From: SAR202 cluster bacterium | GTDB lineage: Bacteria > Chloroflexota > Dehalococcoidia > Lucifugimonadales > UBA826 | Direction: 5' to 3' | DNA length: 61,249 bases | Assembly: GCA_008373095.1 (NCBI GenBank) | Contig: RQOP01000037.1 | Coordinates: forward strand, 1-61,249 | In this document: piece by piece, positions 30,001 to 39,138 of the stretch | Numbering within the stretch: the first letter of the stretch is position 1 | Layout: every line of letters begins with the position of its first letter | Program-made: the position numbers and the translations under genes | Notes under the pieces: model-generated | Database searches by the model: none | What the model saw: only the letters and a program-made list of their open reading frames with translations | Told to the model about the DNA's origin: nothing

Positions 30001-30582
30001 CACATACATGCCGTAGGCTTTGAACTTTATACTCGGCTTTTAGCGACAGCTGTTGAAGATCTGCGATCTCAAGATATTCAACACAGTGATCAAGAGAACT
30101 CTCCGCTCCCTAGTTCAGTAAGTATAGATTTGGGAATGCCCACAGGAATTTCCCAAGACTATATCGAGGATCTCCCATCAAGGCTAGATATATATCAAAA
30201 ATTGATCAAATGCCGCACCATAAATGAAACTGACTCCCTGGAACAAGAATTAAAAGACAGATTTGGACCATTGCCATGGCAAGCTATCAATCTCCTATTC
30301 ACCGTTCGACTAAAAATAAAGTCCTCTGCAACGGGCATGGAGTACATAAGAAAAACAGGAGACAAATTAGTAATCCAATTTCCTTTTGAAGTGGGAGGAA
30401 TGAGAATAGCCTTACAAAAATTAATTGGCTCAGAATGGACTATTGGAAATATGCAAATAAGATCTAATCTAACTGACCTAGGTAGCAATTGGGAAATCAA
30501 ACTTGTCGAAGCTGTAGATAGATTAGGGGAATTTCAATCAAAAATGTCTACCGAACTAATCAATTCAGCCGAAGTGAATTAA
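27055..30582 (+). CDS. mfd: Transcription-repair coupling factor
   Basis: UvrB-like N-terminus (RGGIVDVF), CarD-like RID (GDYVVHVEHG), GDVGYGKTE, DEEQRFG, QLRGRIGR, DLEIRGAGN, TRCF domain; alternative TTG start at 27043. Confidence 0.96.
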   Translation: MNLIEITEILNSDSNYDQLLSEIKKGKSGTRVQVIDEAVPFLTASIWKRLQVPILLVCPTPEHSRRLYEHLSAWLGNEIQPLRFSESEILPFERLTEDLSTAQERLRTLNHLFKNKSHPSVIVTSAAALTQKTISTESFEENSFTYSQGDKVNLEELSRYWQQMGYSFESNVSDPGTASRRGGIVDVFPIGEEIPYRVELWGDQIDSIRTFDPDTQRSIDIVEQFSISPARETLTASITEDEFDRLLSHVDLSQCNPEEITRFSSEIDDLSKGSQIEELGLYSGFFNHGTLLDYFPSNGLLISYRNIDAMNSVWDVEERSNQLRTVKENRGELPINFPTDRIPWDEMANSIQLLKNNLFLMPWGASDLDNSNTIPMPFSSPPLYKGDIETLAEDTSEFINGGDRVITITSHHSRLKELLSNLDPAQPDATAKIDDLGSLSIIGVDTANIGDGFVINTSKNRLTLLGDKEIFGIAKRRRAKRTNKAARETFFEEISPGDYVVHVEHGIAKFIGTDSKYDESGNHEYLILQYAQGDKLYVPMEHLDRVAPYVAPMDRSPSLTRLGTQEWSRTKERVEKSTREMAMELLSIYAARQVSKGHATGPDTKWQFELEESFPYEETVDQISTLTEIKDDMESERPMDRLICGDVGYGKTELALRAAFKTVMDGKQVAVLVPTTVLAQQHYETFLERMKAFPVELSVLSRFKSNLEQKKTLEALKDGTIDICIGTHRLVQKDVKFKDLGLVIIDEEQRFGVIHKERLKQMRSQVDILTLTATPIPRTLHMSLAGVRDMSTIETAPEERLPIKTYVSEFSDELIREAILREMDRQGQVYFLHNRVYNIEYMSEYIRTLVPDAKVGIAHGQMSEKELEKSMSTFSQGETDVLLCTTIIESGLDIPNANTLIVNRADSFGLAQLYQLRGRIGRSSKRGYSYLLIPKSNSMTESAERRLKAMLSATELGSGFKIAMKDLEIRGAGNILGAEQSGHIHAVGFELYTRLLATAVEDLRSQDIQHSDQENSPLPSSVSIDLGMPTGISQDYIEDLPSRLDIYQKLIKCRTINETDSLEQELKDRFGPLPWQAINLLFTVRLKIKSSATGMEYIRKTGDKLVIQFPFEVGGMRIALQKLIGSEWTIGNMQIRSNLTDLGSNWEIKLVEAVDRLGEFQSKMSTELINSAEVN

Positions 30583-30585
30583 ATG

Positions 30586-31293
30586 TCAGGACAAGGAATT
30601 TAAAACATCTGAAAGTTGCGTCATTCCGGAAATTTTTGGACACCTTGAGAAGTCAGGGTGATTACCATCTCTATCAATCAATATTGGACGCACATCTGAT
30701 GCTTCAGCCCCGTCTATGTCTGACCCAATTTGATCTCCAACATGAAGAGCTTCTCGCCCGGAGACACCAGCAATCTCCAAAGCTTTTTTAAACATCAAAG
30801 GATTTGGTTTTTCTACCCCAACTTCTAGAGAAGTTACGGCAAATGTCATGTGGTTAGAAAGATTAAATTCTTGAAGCAGTTCGTTTCCTGACCTATTCAT
30901 GTTTGAAAGTAACCCGAGAGAAAAATTACGAGATTTCAACTCATCTAAAACAGGCCAAACATCATCAAAAATAACCATTTCATATGGAATGGCTCTCACT
31001 GTATTCCATATTTGACCAGCCGTCTCGAGATCTATTTCTACGCCTGAACCCTCGATGACTCTTTTCTCATATTCACAAAAAAAATCAAACCGCTCACCTT
31101 CCGACATTTGGCGCAGTGGATACGTTTTATTCTGTTCTGTCATGAATGAGTCCGCTTGGCCATAGCCTCTAAGAACCCCTTGCTCTGTTAAGGCAATACC
31201 AAAGTTAGCACACGCCGCCGATTGGATCTCATATCGTGAAGGCTTAAATCCAGCTAATGTTCCATACAGATCAAAAAAAATCGCTTTTATCAT
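30586..31293 (-). CDS. HAD-superfamily hydrolase (subfamily IA)
   Basis: FFDLYGTL motif I, LSN, EKPNP, HVGDQIGSDIDGA. Confidence 0.9.
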   Translation of the reverse strand: MIKAIFFDLYGTLAGFKPSRYEIQSAACANFGIALTEQGVLRGYGQADSFMTEQNKTYPLRQMSEGERFDFFCEYEKRVIEGSGVEIDLETAGQIWNTVRAIPYEMVIFDDVWPVLDELKSRNFSLGLLSNMNRSGNELLQEFNLSNHMTFAVTSLEVGVEKPNPLMFKKALEIAGVSGREALHVGDQIGSDIDGAEASDVRPILIDRDGNHPDFSRCPKISGMTQLSDVLNSLS

Positions 31294-31345
31294 AGCGCAG
31301 CTATAATAGCACCTTTACATAAGGCATCATTGGTGGATTAGGATC

Positions 31346-32350
31346 ATGAAAGCTGGCAAGCTACCAATAGAACATTTAGAAAAGGTTTTAAACGCGTTTA
31401 AGACATCAGATCCACGAATTATTGCTGGCCCGATGCCGGGAGAGGATGCTTCCTTAATCGACATGGGAGATAGCTACCTTATTGCAACAACAGACCCAAT
31501 TACATTTACGGCAAATAGGATCGGTTGGTATGCAGTAAACATAAATGCAAATGATGTTGCTGTAATGGGAGGTGAGGCGAAGTGGATGATGGCAACAATA
31601 CTTCTTCCAGAAAATTTTGGTGAAATTGCTACAAATCAAATATTTAATGATATTGCAGAAGCATGCAACCATCTAAATATCTCTGTTGTAGGTGGTCACA
31701 CAGAAATTACGGCAGGAATTGATCGACCTTTAATATCCGGGGTAATGTTAGGTGAGGTCGAAAAAGGTAAAGAAGTCAGATCTTCAGGAGCCAAAGAGGG
31801 GGACTCAATCATCCTTACAAAGGCTATCCCAATCGAAGGTTGTGCTATTTTGGCTAGTGAAGCAGAAAACCAGTTACTAAAAAACGGCGTCGTAGCAACA
31901 TTAATAGAGGAAGCACGGAACCTTATACACAATCCTGGAATCAGTATAGTAAAAGATGCCTCTATTGCAATGGAATCAGGAAAAATAAACGCCATGCATG
32001 ATATTACGGAGGGTGGGATTGCAGGAGGCCTTGCGGAATTGGCATATGCCTCTAATCTCGGAATTCATGTGACAAGAGAAAATATACCAGAAATACCTCA
32101 AGCTAAAATTTTTTCTGAAATATTAGGACTTGACACCCTAGGAATAATAGCTTCAGGGTCTCTATTGATATGTGCCTCCCCAAAACATGATTCTGCAATA
32201 ATAAAAAATTTAAAATCCAACGGGATAAATGCGACTAAGATAGGATCTATGAAAAATTTGGATTACGGACTTAAATTAAGCAAAAATGAGTGTATTGAAG
32301 ATCTACCACGATTTGATACAGATGAAATTGCTAGGTTTTTTTCCAGTTAA
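31346..32350 (+). CDS. AIR synthase-related (PurM-like) ATP-binding protein of unknown function
   Basis: GKLP, GEDAS, TDPIT, NANDVAVMG, VGGHTEIT, AMHDITEGG; lacks the HypE C-terminal PR(I/V)C. Confidence 0.8.
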   Translation: MKAGKLPIEHLEKVLNAFKTSDPRIIAGPMPGEDASLIDMGDSYLIATTDPITFTANRIGWYAVNINANDVAVMGGEAKWMMATILLPENFGEIATNQIFNDIAEACNHLNISVVGGHTEITAGIDRPLISGVMLGEVEKGKEVRSSGAKEGDSIILTKAIPIEGCAILASEAENQLLKNGVVATLIEEARNLIHNPGISIVKDASIAMESGKINAMHDITEGGIAGGLAELAYASNLGIHVTRENIPEIPQAKIFSEILGLDTLGIIASGSLLICASPKHDSAIIKNLKSNGINATKIGSMKNLDYGLKLSKNECIEDLPRFDTDEIARFFSS

Positions 32351-32397
32351 CCCTAAATAAACGCTAACCATCAATCAGATAACTAATTGGAGCAAAA

Positions 32398-33261
32398 ATG
32401 AGCGGAACCTACGTAAAATCCGAAAATGAACAGGGTGTGTTAATACTAACCATGCATGATCCCAAAACAAGAAACGCTATCGGGCTGGAAATGATGGGGG
32501 AATTGGAAGAAGAATTAGATAGATTTGAATCATCTTCTGAACTCAGAACTCTTGTCTTAACTGGATCAGACCCCTCATTCTGTTCAGGAGCGAATGTAAA
32601 GACAATGAATGAAGACAACGAATCATCTGAAGTAGTGGCTCTATCTGAGGACAGCAGCCCCTGGGATATCTTAAACCAAGCATGGGACAAGCAATCAGCC
32701 TCGAATGCAAGGCCAAGAGACCTGATAGAAGGTGTACGTTATTTTCCTCTAAGGTTACACAATCTGCAAAAACCATCCATCGCTGCTGTAAATGGTTCCG
32801 CAATAGGACTAGGAATGGGTATTGCTTTGTCTTGCGACATTAGATTTTCTTCCGAAAATGCCAAATTTTCTGAGATGTTTGTGAGGAGAGGATTAATACC
32901 TGCCGATGGTTCCTGTTGGCAACTTCCAAGGATGATTGGTTTAGGGAAAACTTTTATGCTTCAATACACTGGAGATGTTCTTTCTGCTGAAGATTCCTTG
33001 GACCTCGGTATAGTCAATAAGGTCACAGAACACGGTCAGCTAATGGAAGAAACAATGGAATTGGCCCACAGGATAGCCTCTGGAGCTACTTATTCCATGG
33101 CTCTAATAAAAAGACTAATACATGAGTCGCTACATACAAACCTCGAGGAAAGTCTAAAGCTTGCAGGGCCGGCGCAGGATATTGCGCGACAGACTTTTGA
33201 TCATAAAGAAGGCGTCAAAGCCTTTGTTGAAAAGAGAAAACCTAATTTTATCGGTAGGTAA
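32398..33261 (+). CDS. Enoyl-CoA hydratase/isomerase (crotonase) family protein
   Basis: SFCSGANV, KPSIAAVNGSAIG, CDIR, DHKEGVKAFVEKRKPNFIGR. Confidence 0.9.
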   Translation: MSGTYVKSENEQGVLILTMHDPKTRNAIGLEMMGELEEELDRFESSSELRTLVLTGSDPSFCSGANVKTMNEDNESSEVVALSEDSSPWDILNQAWDKQSASNARPRDLIEGVRYFPLRLHNLQKPSIAAVNGSAIGLGMGIALSCDIRFSSENAKFSEMFVRRGLIPADGSCWQLPRMIGLGKTFMLQYTGDVLSAEDSLDLGIVNKVTEHGQLMEETMELAHRIASGATYSMALIKRLIHESLHTNLEESLKLAGPAQDIARQTFDHKEGVKAFVEKRKPNFIGR

Positions 33262-33273
33262 GGATTGGTAAAA

Positions 33274-34095
33274 TTAGATTGTGTCTAGGAACCACTTTAC
33301 GGTAGATTCAAAAGCTCCTGGGGATTCCTGGTAAAACCAATGCCCTCCGCCTTCAAGTTCAGCCAATTTGCATTGGGAGAGTTGTTCTCTCATTTTTACT
33401 GCAGTTTCATGGGTCAAGAGTGTACTCTGTCTTCCTCTAATTACCACCGTAGGACATTCCACTTCTCGCCAAGTTGACCATAAATCGGGTCTTTCATACT
33501 CGTAAATGAGCTTTCTATCTCTCTTCCATTGCCAGACACCATTAGGTTTCAATTTTGTCATTACCTCAGCCTGAAATTTAACCATTTCTTCAGAAGATAA
33601 TGGTTGTCGGGACCAAAGCCTGTCTACTACATCTTCAAAGGTATTCCACTCGTCTGATTCATTTTTGTACCTTTCAAACATAGAACCAGATGATTCGTTG
33701 ACCGAATCAGGATCTATATCGACTATTACTAATGCCCTTACTTCATTCTTCTTCTGAGCAGCATATGAAAAAGCATATCTGCCGCCAGCCGAATGTCCAA
33801 TCAATATTGGATTATCCATGGCTAAACTAGAAATTGTCACTTCAACATCAGAAAGGTAATCCACAAACGAATAATGGCCAGGAATATGATCGCCATCACC
33901 GTGGCCTCTACTGTCCAAAGCGACCACCCAATAATCATCAGCCACAGAGTGAGCAAAGATTTCCCAGCTTCTTGCACAATCCTGTAAACCATGCAACAAA
34001 AGCATAGGAGGATTAGACCGATCACCCCATTCCAAACAATTTAATTGCACACCAGAGTGATCAATTTTTACTTGAGTGAAGCCTTCTTCCGTCAA
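33274..34095 (-). CDS. Alpha/beta-fold hydrolase
   Basis: LLHG, DSRGHG, GHSAGG nucleophile elbow, GGHW catalytic His; 4-bp overlap with the upstream gene. Confidence 0.88.
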   Translation of the reverse strand: MTEEGFTQVKIDHSGVQLNCLEWGDRSNPPMLLLHGLQDCARSWEIFAHSVADDYWVVALDSRGHGDGDHIPGHYSFVDYLSDVEVTISSLAMDNPILIGHSAGGRYAFSYAAQKKNEVRALVIVDIDPDSVNESSGSMFERYKNESDEWNTFEDVVDRLWSRQPLSSEEMVKFQAEVMTKLKPNGVWQWKRDRKLIYEYERPDLWSTWREVECPTVVIRGRQSTLLTHETAVKMREQLSQCKLAELEGGGHWFYQESPGAFESTVKWFLDTI

Positions 34096-34712
34096 TTCAG
34101 GCTCCTGAATCCGCTTTTGTTTTTGTCCGACCCGTATAAACTTGGAAACGACCCATTTTCTAATGCCTCCACTCTAGATTCTAAACTTGATGCACCAATT
34201 GAACCTACCCATCTTCCAATAATCATACCTTCACGATCTAAAAAAAATGTGACTGGCAGGCCTGTTACACCATAATCCACCATTATTCTCCCATTCTTAT
34301 CCATTCCGTTAACAAATGTAACATCAAATTCACTGATGTATTCATTGGCACTGTTCAGATCATCTTGGACATTTATACCAATTACGACTACATCTTTTTC
34401 TTTATATAACCTCCATATCTTCTCAAAATGGGGGGTTTCATCTCGACAGGGAGGACACCAAGAAGCCCAAAAGTTCAATATGATTGGGGATTCAGGATAG
34501 TTGGACAGTGATACCGGCTTCCCGTTGATACTTTCCGCGAAAAATTCTGGTGCTTTTCGGCCGATTAATTGCTCACCGCTTCTGCCAGTGGCAGAAGCTT
34601 GATTGGCAAGTCCAGTTGCAAGGAATATAGCAAATAGGGAAATTAGAATAGCCAAAATCAATATAGCAATTCCTTTAATTGCATTGCTCTTGGTTTGGAT
34701 ATTTGATCTCAT
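34092..34712 (-). CDS. Membrane-anchored TlpA/ResA-like thiol-disulfide oxidoreductase
   Basis: N-terminal TM helix, LNFWASWCPPCRDE, YGVTGLPVTFFLD. Confidence 0.9.
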   Translation of the reverse strand: MRSNIQTKSNAIKGIAILILAILISLFAIFLATGLANQASATGRSGEQLIGRKAPEFFAESINGKPVSLSNYPESPIILNFWASWCPPCRDETPHFEKIWRLYKEKDVVVIGINVQDDLNSANEYISEFDVTFVNGMDKNGRIMVDYGVTGLPVTFFLDREGMIIGRWVGSIGASSLESRVEALENGSFPSLYGSDKNKSGFRSLN

Positions 34713-34765
34713 AATTCGCCGAATTTATATCTGGTACATGATTTCTATTTTGTTATTTTATCAAC

Positions 34766-34794
34766 AAAAAGGGGGAGCCTTGATGACTCCCCCC
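34766..34794 (-). terminator. Rho-independent terminator downstream of the ThDP enzyme gene
   Basis: GGGGGAG/CTCCCCC stem followed on the minus strand by TTTTTGTT. Confidence 0.8.
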
Positions 34795-34818
34795 TAAAAA
34801 AACAAAAAGCATTCTGAT

Positions 34819-36459
34819 CTAGAAATTTGACCTTCGAGCTTCCATGTTCGAGTGAACATCTATTAGCACAGCTTTGCCATCTGCATTCAGCTGCTTTGCC
34901 TGCTCCAATGCCGGAGCTATCTCTTCAGGCTTTGTGACAGTTATGCCGACAGCTCCAAGACCTTCAGCGATCTTGGCATAGTCACCAGTCATATAAGTTG
35001 TACCAAATGACTCTCTTGCGGTGGGGTACCCACCAGGATATGTAGCCATTCCACCATTATTTAAAACAATGGTTGTTATCGCTGCTCCCGACCGAACCGA
35101 AGTTTCTATATCTAAACCTGACATTCCAAAAGCGCCATCACCCATAATGTTCATGCAGAATTTATCTGGGCAAGCCATTTTTACACCCGTCATTAACGGT
35201 ATTCCATACCCTAAATGGGTAGTTTTACCCCACCCCACATAGCTATGTGGAACTGTACCTGGGTAGAAAGGCATTATTATGTCTCGAGGGGCGCCAGCAT
35301 CATGCGTCACTATACTATTTTCTTGATCCAGGACATTTATCATTTCACCAATCACCCTGTACGGGGTAATCGGTGTTTCATCAGAGGTAAGAGCATCACT
35401 CCACTCAGCCATCCATTTATCGTTGATTTCCGCAATTTGATCAGCGAGTTCTGAAGAACCTTTTCTGTTTTGTCCACCTAACTGAACTTTGACCTCTTCG
35501 ACCATCATCTCGAGGGTTAGTTTAGTATCACCAACCAACCCAACATCAACATTAAAATCTTTGTTTAAATCGGCTACAGTCTCAGTGTTATGAATCATTA
35601 CTTTCCCGTCTGGTATAGGCTGACCATAACCGGTCCGCGTAAGACTGGTTCCAACACCTAACAAAACATCAGATTCCTGCAACCATGTTCTTGCTTGTAA
35701 TGATGTTGCCGAGCTTCCGGAACCAAGGGCCAATGGGTGTCTTTGATCGAATCCGGATTTACCAGGCATCGTGCAATAAACTGGTATTTGAGCTATCTCG
35801 GCCAATTGAGTTAATTCAGGCGATGCGCCAGACATCAACACTCCCATTCCTGACCAAATCACAGGCTTTTTTGCCGCTAGCAACAGTCTTACAGCTTCCT
35901 TAATTTCGGCTGGGTCTGGGGCAAATCTATGTCTTTTGGGAGGCGCGTAGGAAGACACTACAGAGTCATCAACCTCCATCTCTCCAACATCTGCAGGAAT
36001 TTCAACAATCACGGGGCCTGGTCTTCCATTTCTCAGAGCATGAAATGCTCTCCTCATCACGGAGGCTACTTGATTGGGTTGAAACAACACTTCAGCAGAT
36101 ACTGAAACCGACTCGTAAGTCCGAGCAGGCGAAAAATTTGGCTTTACGGATCTCGCAGATACTGCAGGACCGCCAGGAAGATACAAAATCGGAACATTGT
36201 CCGCGTATGCCTGAGCCAACCCGCCCATAGTATTTTCAGAACCTGGTCCACCCTGAGTAATCAAAACTCCAAACTCTTCTCGATTTCGCATCCGGCTAAA
36301 CCCATCAACTGCCATTGCAGCACCTCGCTCTTGGCGAAACATGATTGGATTAATTCCAACCTCAGCAACAGCTTCAATCAAGTTATTGGACGGGAAGCAA
36401 CCTGCCCACTCAATCCCTTCTGCCTTTAATATCCTTGCTACTGCATCAAGCACTTTCAT
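34819..36459 (-). CDS. Thiamine diphosphate-dependent enzyme (acetolactate synthase-like superfamily)
   Basis: RQERGA catalytic Glu, QGGPGSEN, GRPGPV, ThDP motif GDGAFGM...LNNG. Confidence 0.88.
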   Translation of the reverse strand: MKVLDAVARILKAEGIEWAGCFPSNNLIEAVAEVGINPIMFRQERGAAMAVDGFSRMRNREEFGVLITQGGPGSENTMGGLAQAYADNVPILYLPGGPAVSARSVKPNFSPARTYESVSVSAEVLFQPNQVASVMRRAFHALRNGRPGPVIVEIPADVGEMEVDDSVVSSYAPPKRHRFAPDPAEIKEAVRLLLAAKKPVIWSGMGVLMSGASPELTQLAEIAQIPVYCTMPGKSGFDQRHPLALGSGSSATSLQARTWLQESDVLLGVGTSLTRTGYGQPIPDGKVMIHNTETVADLNKDFNVDVGLVGDTKLTLEMMVEEVKVQLGGQNRKGSSELADQIAEINDKWMAEWSDALTSDETPITPYRVIGEMINVLDQENSIVTHDAGAPRDIIMPFYPGTVPHSYVGWGKTTHLGYGIPLMTGVKMACPDKFCMNIMGDGAFGMSGLDIETSVRSGAAITTIVLNNGGMATYPGGYPTARESFGTTYMTGDYAKIAEGLGAVGITVTKPEEIAPALEQAKQLNADGKAVLIDVHSNMEARRSNF

Positions 36460-36671
36460 GAAAATGAATCCTCCAAATTAGAATAACTATTTCTTACCGA
36501 CAATTGATGAGTATGACAAGGTTTAGCATCGCACTCGTCAAAAGCCATTCAAGGCACATTGTAGTTGGCACAAATATCATTATCAACCTAAAGATAATAA
36601 GCAATTTGCCGGCTGCGATAAACTTAATATTAATCAACCGCAAGCACAGATCATCTCAAATATTAATAACT

Positions 36672-36677
36672 TAGAAT
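36672..36677 (+). promoter_or_regulatory. -10 element (TAGAAT), predicted leaderless start of birA
   Basis: TAGAAT-acacagt-ATG with no SD. Confidence 0.5.
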
Positions 36678-36684
36678 ACACAGT

Positions 36685-37443
36685 ATGCAGATCGGCAAAA
36701 AAATACACCACGTCAAAAAAATTAATTCCACTATGGAGGCCTGCGCGCATCTGGTAACCCAAGGAGCTGCAAGCGGCACCATCGTATCCGCTAATTACCA
36801 AGAATCTGGCAGAGGGAGGTTTAAAAGAAAATGGGTGTCACCAAGCGGTGACAATATTCAAATGTCCATAATTCTGAGGCCGCGCCAAAGTGAACTTAAA
36901 TATATCAACATGTTTGCATCATTGGCTGTCTTAGCAACATGCGAGCAAGTCTTGAACAGTAAAGCCACCATTAAATGGCCTAACGACGTTCAAGTTAACG
37001 GCAGGAAAATATCTGGAATATTAACTGAATCAATCATAGAAGGTGAAAAAATAATATCTTCTATTGTTGGAATCGGTCTGAATGTCAACTTGGACGTAAA
37101 ATCACAAACCGGTATTGAAAAAACAGCAACATCTGTTAAAAATGAAAAAGGACGATATGTAAGTCGTTCAGTAATATTCAAGACCATTTTAAAAAATTTG
37201 AATATTTATTATTCTAAAATTATTGATGGGGAATCTTTAAGGACGGAATGGACACAAAGGTTAAGCACAATTGGACAAACGGTGAAATTATCATTTGGAC
37301 AAACCCCAAGTGAAAAACCGTTGATTGGTGTGGCTGAGTCAGTCACTGCTGACGGAGGTCTAATAATTCGACTATCAGATGACTCACTGTTCACCGCAAA
37401 TGCCGGTGAGGTGACGCTAGCAAAAACAAGTGAACTGTTGTGA
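36685..37443 (+). CDS. birA: Biotin-protein ligase (group I, no HTH)
   Basis: NSTM, QESGRGR..RKWVSP, IKWPNDV, KISGILTE, GIGLNV, AGEV. Confidence 0.92.
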   Translation: MQIGKKIHHVKKINSTMEACAHLVTQGAASGTIVSANYQESGRGRFKRKWVSPSGDNIQMSIILRPRQSELKYINMFASLAVLATCEQVLNSKATIKWPNDVQVNGRKISGILTESIIEGEKIISSIVGIGLNVNLDVKSQTGIEKTATSVKNEKGRYVSRSVIFKTILKNLNIYYSKIIDGESLRTEWTQRLSTIGQTVKLSFGQTPSEKPLIGVAESVTADGGLIIRLSDDSLFTANAGEVTLAKTSELL

Positions 37444-37476
37444 TAAATTGGTCTTTATTAATTTCGGGAGTACAAA

Positions 37477-38283
37477 ATGCTTGAAAAACTAACGCTATTA
37501 AACAAAACCGTTGTAATTACGGGCGGCGGTACTGGTCTCGGCAGAGAAATGTGCTTGGCTATGGCCAGGGCAGGAGCTGACCTTGTGATTGCCGCGAGAA
37601 GACTGGAACCAATTGAAGAAGTATCAAACCTGGTTCGAGGTTTAGGAAGGAAATCACTCGCAATTTCCACCGACGCAACAAATACATCAGACATCAAAGC
37701 ATTATTTGACACGGTTTTGACAGAATTTGGAAAAGTTGACGTGTTATTCAATAACGCTGGCATTGTCAGAGAAGATTCAGCAAAACCAATTTGGGAAATA
37801 TCTGACGAAAGCTGGAAAATAGGAATTGATGTCAATCTCTCCACTGCCTTCTACTGTTCCAGAGAGATATCAAAACATATGGCTGACAATGGTGGTGGAA
37901 AAATCGTTAACGTATCTTCTGGCTTTGGGTTTAGGGGAGGCAGAGACAATTACATGTATGCTGCAGGAAAAGGGGGCATTGTAAATTTGACTCGAGCTAT
38001 GGCCACAAGCTTGGGAAGGTATGGCATTACAACAAACTGCATAGTACCTGGTTTTATACCCACTGAAGTCACTGACCCCAACAGTGAAAGAGCCAAACAG
38101 CGCGGCAGATTTATACCAATTGGCAGAGTCGGACAACCTTCAGAAATGGGCCCTCTGGCAGTTTATCTGGCGTCAAGTGCCTCTGATTACATGAATGGCG
38201 AGTTCTTCGCCATTGACGGAGGCGGATTAGCTGGGGGGATTGCCCCCACCCTTCATGCCCCAGAGATACCGTTAGAAATTTAA
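37477..38283 (+). CDS. Short-chain dehydrogenase/reductase (catalytically intact)
   Basis: TGGGTGLG, NNAG, VSS, YAAGK (YxxxK), PG. Confidence 0.92.
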   Translation: MLEKLTLLNKTVVITGGGTGLGREMCLAMARAGADLVIAARRLEPIEEVSNLVRGLGRKSLAISTDATNTSDIKALFDTVLTEFGKVDVLFNNAGIVREDSAKPIWEISDESWKIGIDVNLSTAFYCSREISKHMADNGGGKIVNVSSGFGFRGGRDNYMYAAGKGGIVNLTRAMATSLGRYGITTNCIVPGFIPTEVTDPNSERAKQRGRFIPIGRVGQPSEMGPLAVYLASSASDYMNGEFFAIDGGGLAGGIAPTLHAPEIPLEI

Positions 38284-38314
38284 ATTCAATAAAAATCTAA
38301 GGAGCTAATAGACG

Positions 38315-39073
38315 ATGGACACACCGGAAGGATGGGATCTAACAGGAAAAAAAGCTGTCATAAGTGCAGACCGAAGAGGTTGGACCGGATTTTTTGCTGC
38401 CGCTTTGACAGAAGCGGGAGCCGATGTCGCGATAATAGGCTCTGAGAGTTCAGACATGGAAGATGCGAAAAATAAGGCATCTAGTAACGGTAGGAAAGTC
38501 ATCACCAAAACAACGGATCTTATGTCTAAAGAATCAATTGATCAATCTATTCAAAACATAGTCAATGATTTTGGCACAATTGACATATTGGTCAATAATG
38601 CCAAGGCCGATTTTGGAAAAAGATTTGAACAAGTATCTGAATCAGAATTTGACACTCTAATAGATTTCAACTTGAAATCTATGTTCCTAACCTGCCAATC
38701 AGTCGGCCACACAATGCTCAAAAATAAAAAAGGTCACATTGTAAATATGACATCGGACCTAGCCGTGAGAGGTCTCTGGAATTCTGTAATCCCTTGTGCA
38801 TCGGAAGGAGCGATACACCAGTTAACATCATCTCTGGCACTGGAGTGGGGTCGCGATGGTATTAGAGTCAACGGTATTGGTGCAGGTTGGCTTACTACCC
38901 AAAACAAATCCGATGCTGCGGAGCCAGATTTATTAGATAGATATCTACCTTCAAAAAGAAAAGGTCATCCAAATGACCTTACACAAATGTTGGTATATCT
39001 ATCCTCTGACTCCTGCGATTTTGTAAATGGACAAACTATATTCATTGATGGTGGAGCGCTTGCGCATGCATAA
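38315..39073 (+). CDS. SDR-fold protein with degenerate cofactor-binding and catalytic motifs
   Basis: DILVNNA, IRVNGI and FIDGG conserved, but SADRRGWT replaces TGxxxGxG and PCASE replaces YxxxK. Confidence 0.85.
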   Translation: MDTPEGWDLTGKKAVISADRRGWTGFFAAALTEAGADVAIIGSESSDMEDAKNKASSNGRKVITKTTDLMSKESIDQSIQNIVNDFGTIDILVNNAKADFGKRFEQVSESEFDTLIDFNLKSMFLTCQSVGHTMLKNKKGHIVNMTSDLAVRGLWNSVIPCASEGAIHQLTSSLALEWGRDGIRVNGIGAGWLTTQNKSDAAEPDLLDRYLPSKRKGHPNDLTQMLVYLSSDSCDFVNGQTIFIDGGALAHA

Positions 39074-39138
39074 CTTTGAGGATAATTTTCCTATTTGAAA
39101 GCCGAAAAGAAGGTCAAAGTTAAATTCATTTAAAAAAT

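Noticed and set aside
31346-32350. Hydrogenase maturation protein HypE
   Set aside because: No C-terminal PR(I/V)C cysteine and no hydrogenase context
36460-36684. TPP riboswitch or small RNA upstream of the ThDP enzyme; TTAATATTAA palindrome at 36624-36633
   Set aside because: No CUGAGA/ACCUGA core seen; an AT-only palindrome is expected by chance; an Infernal/Rfam scan would be decisive
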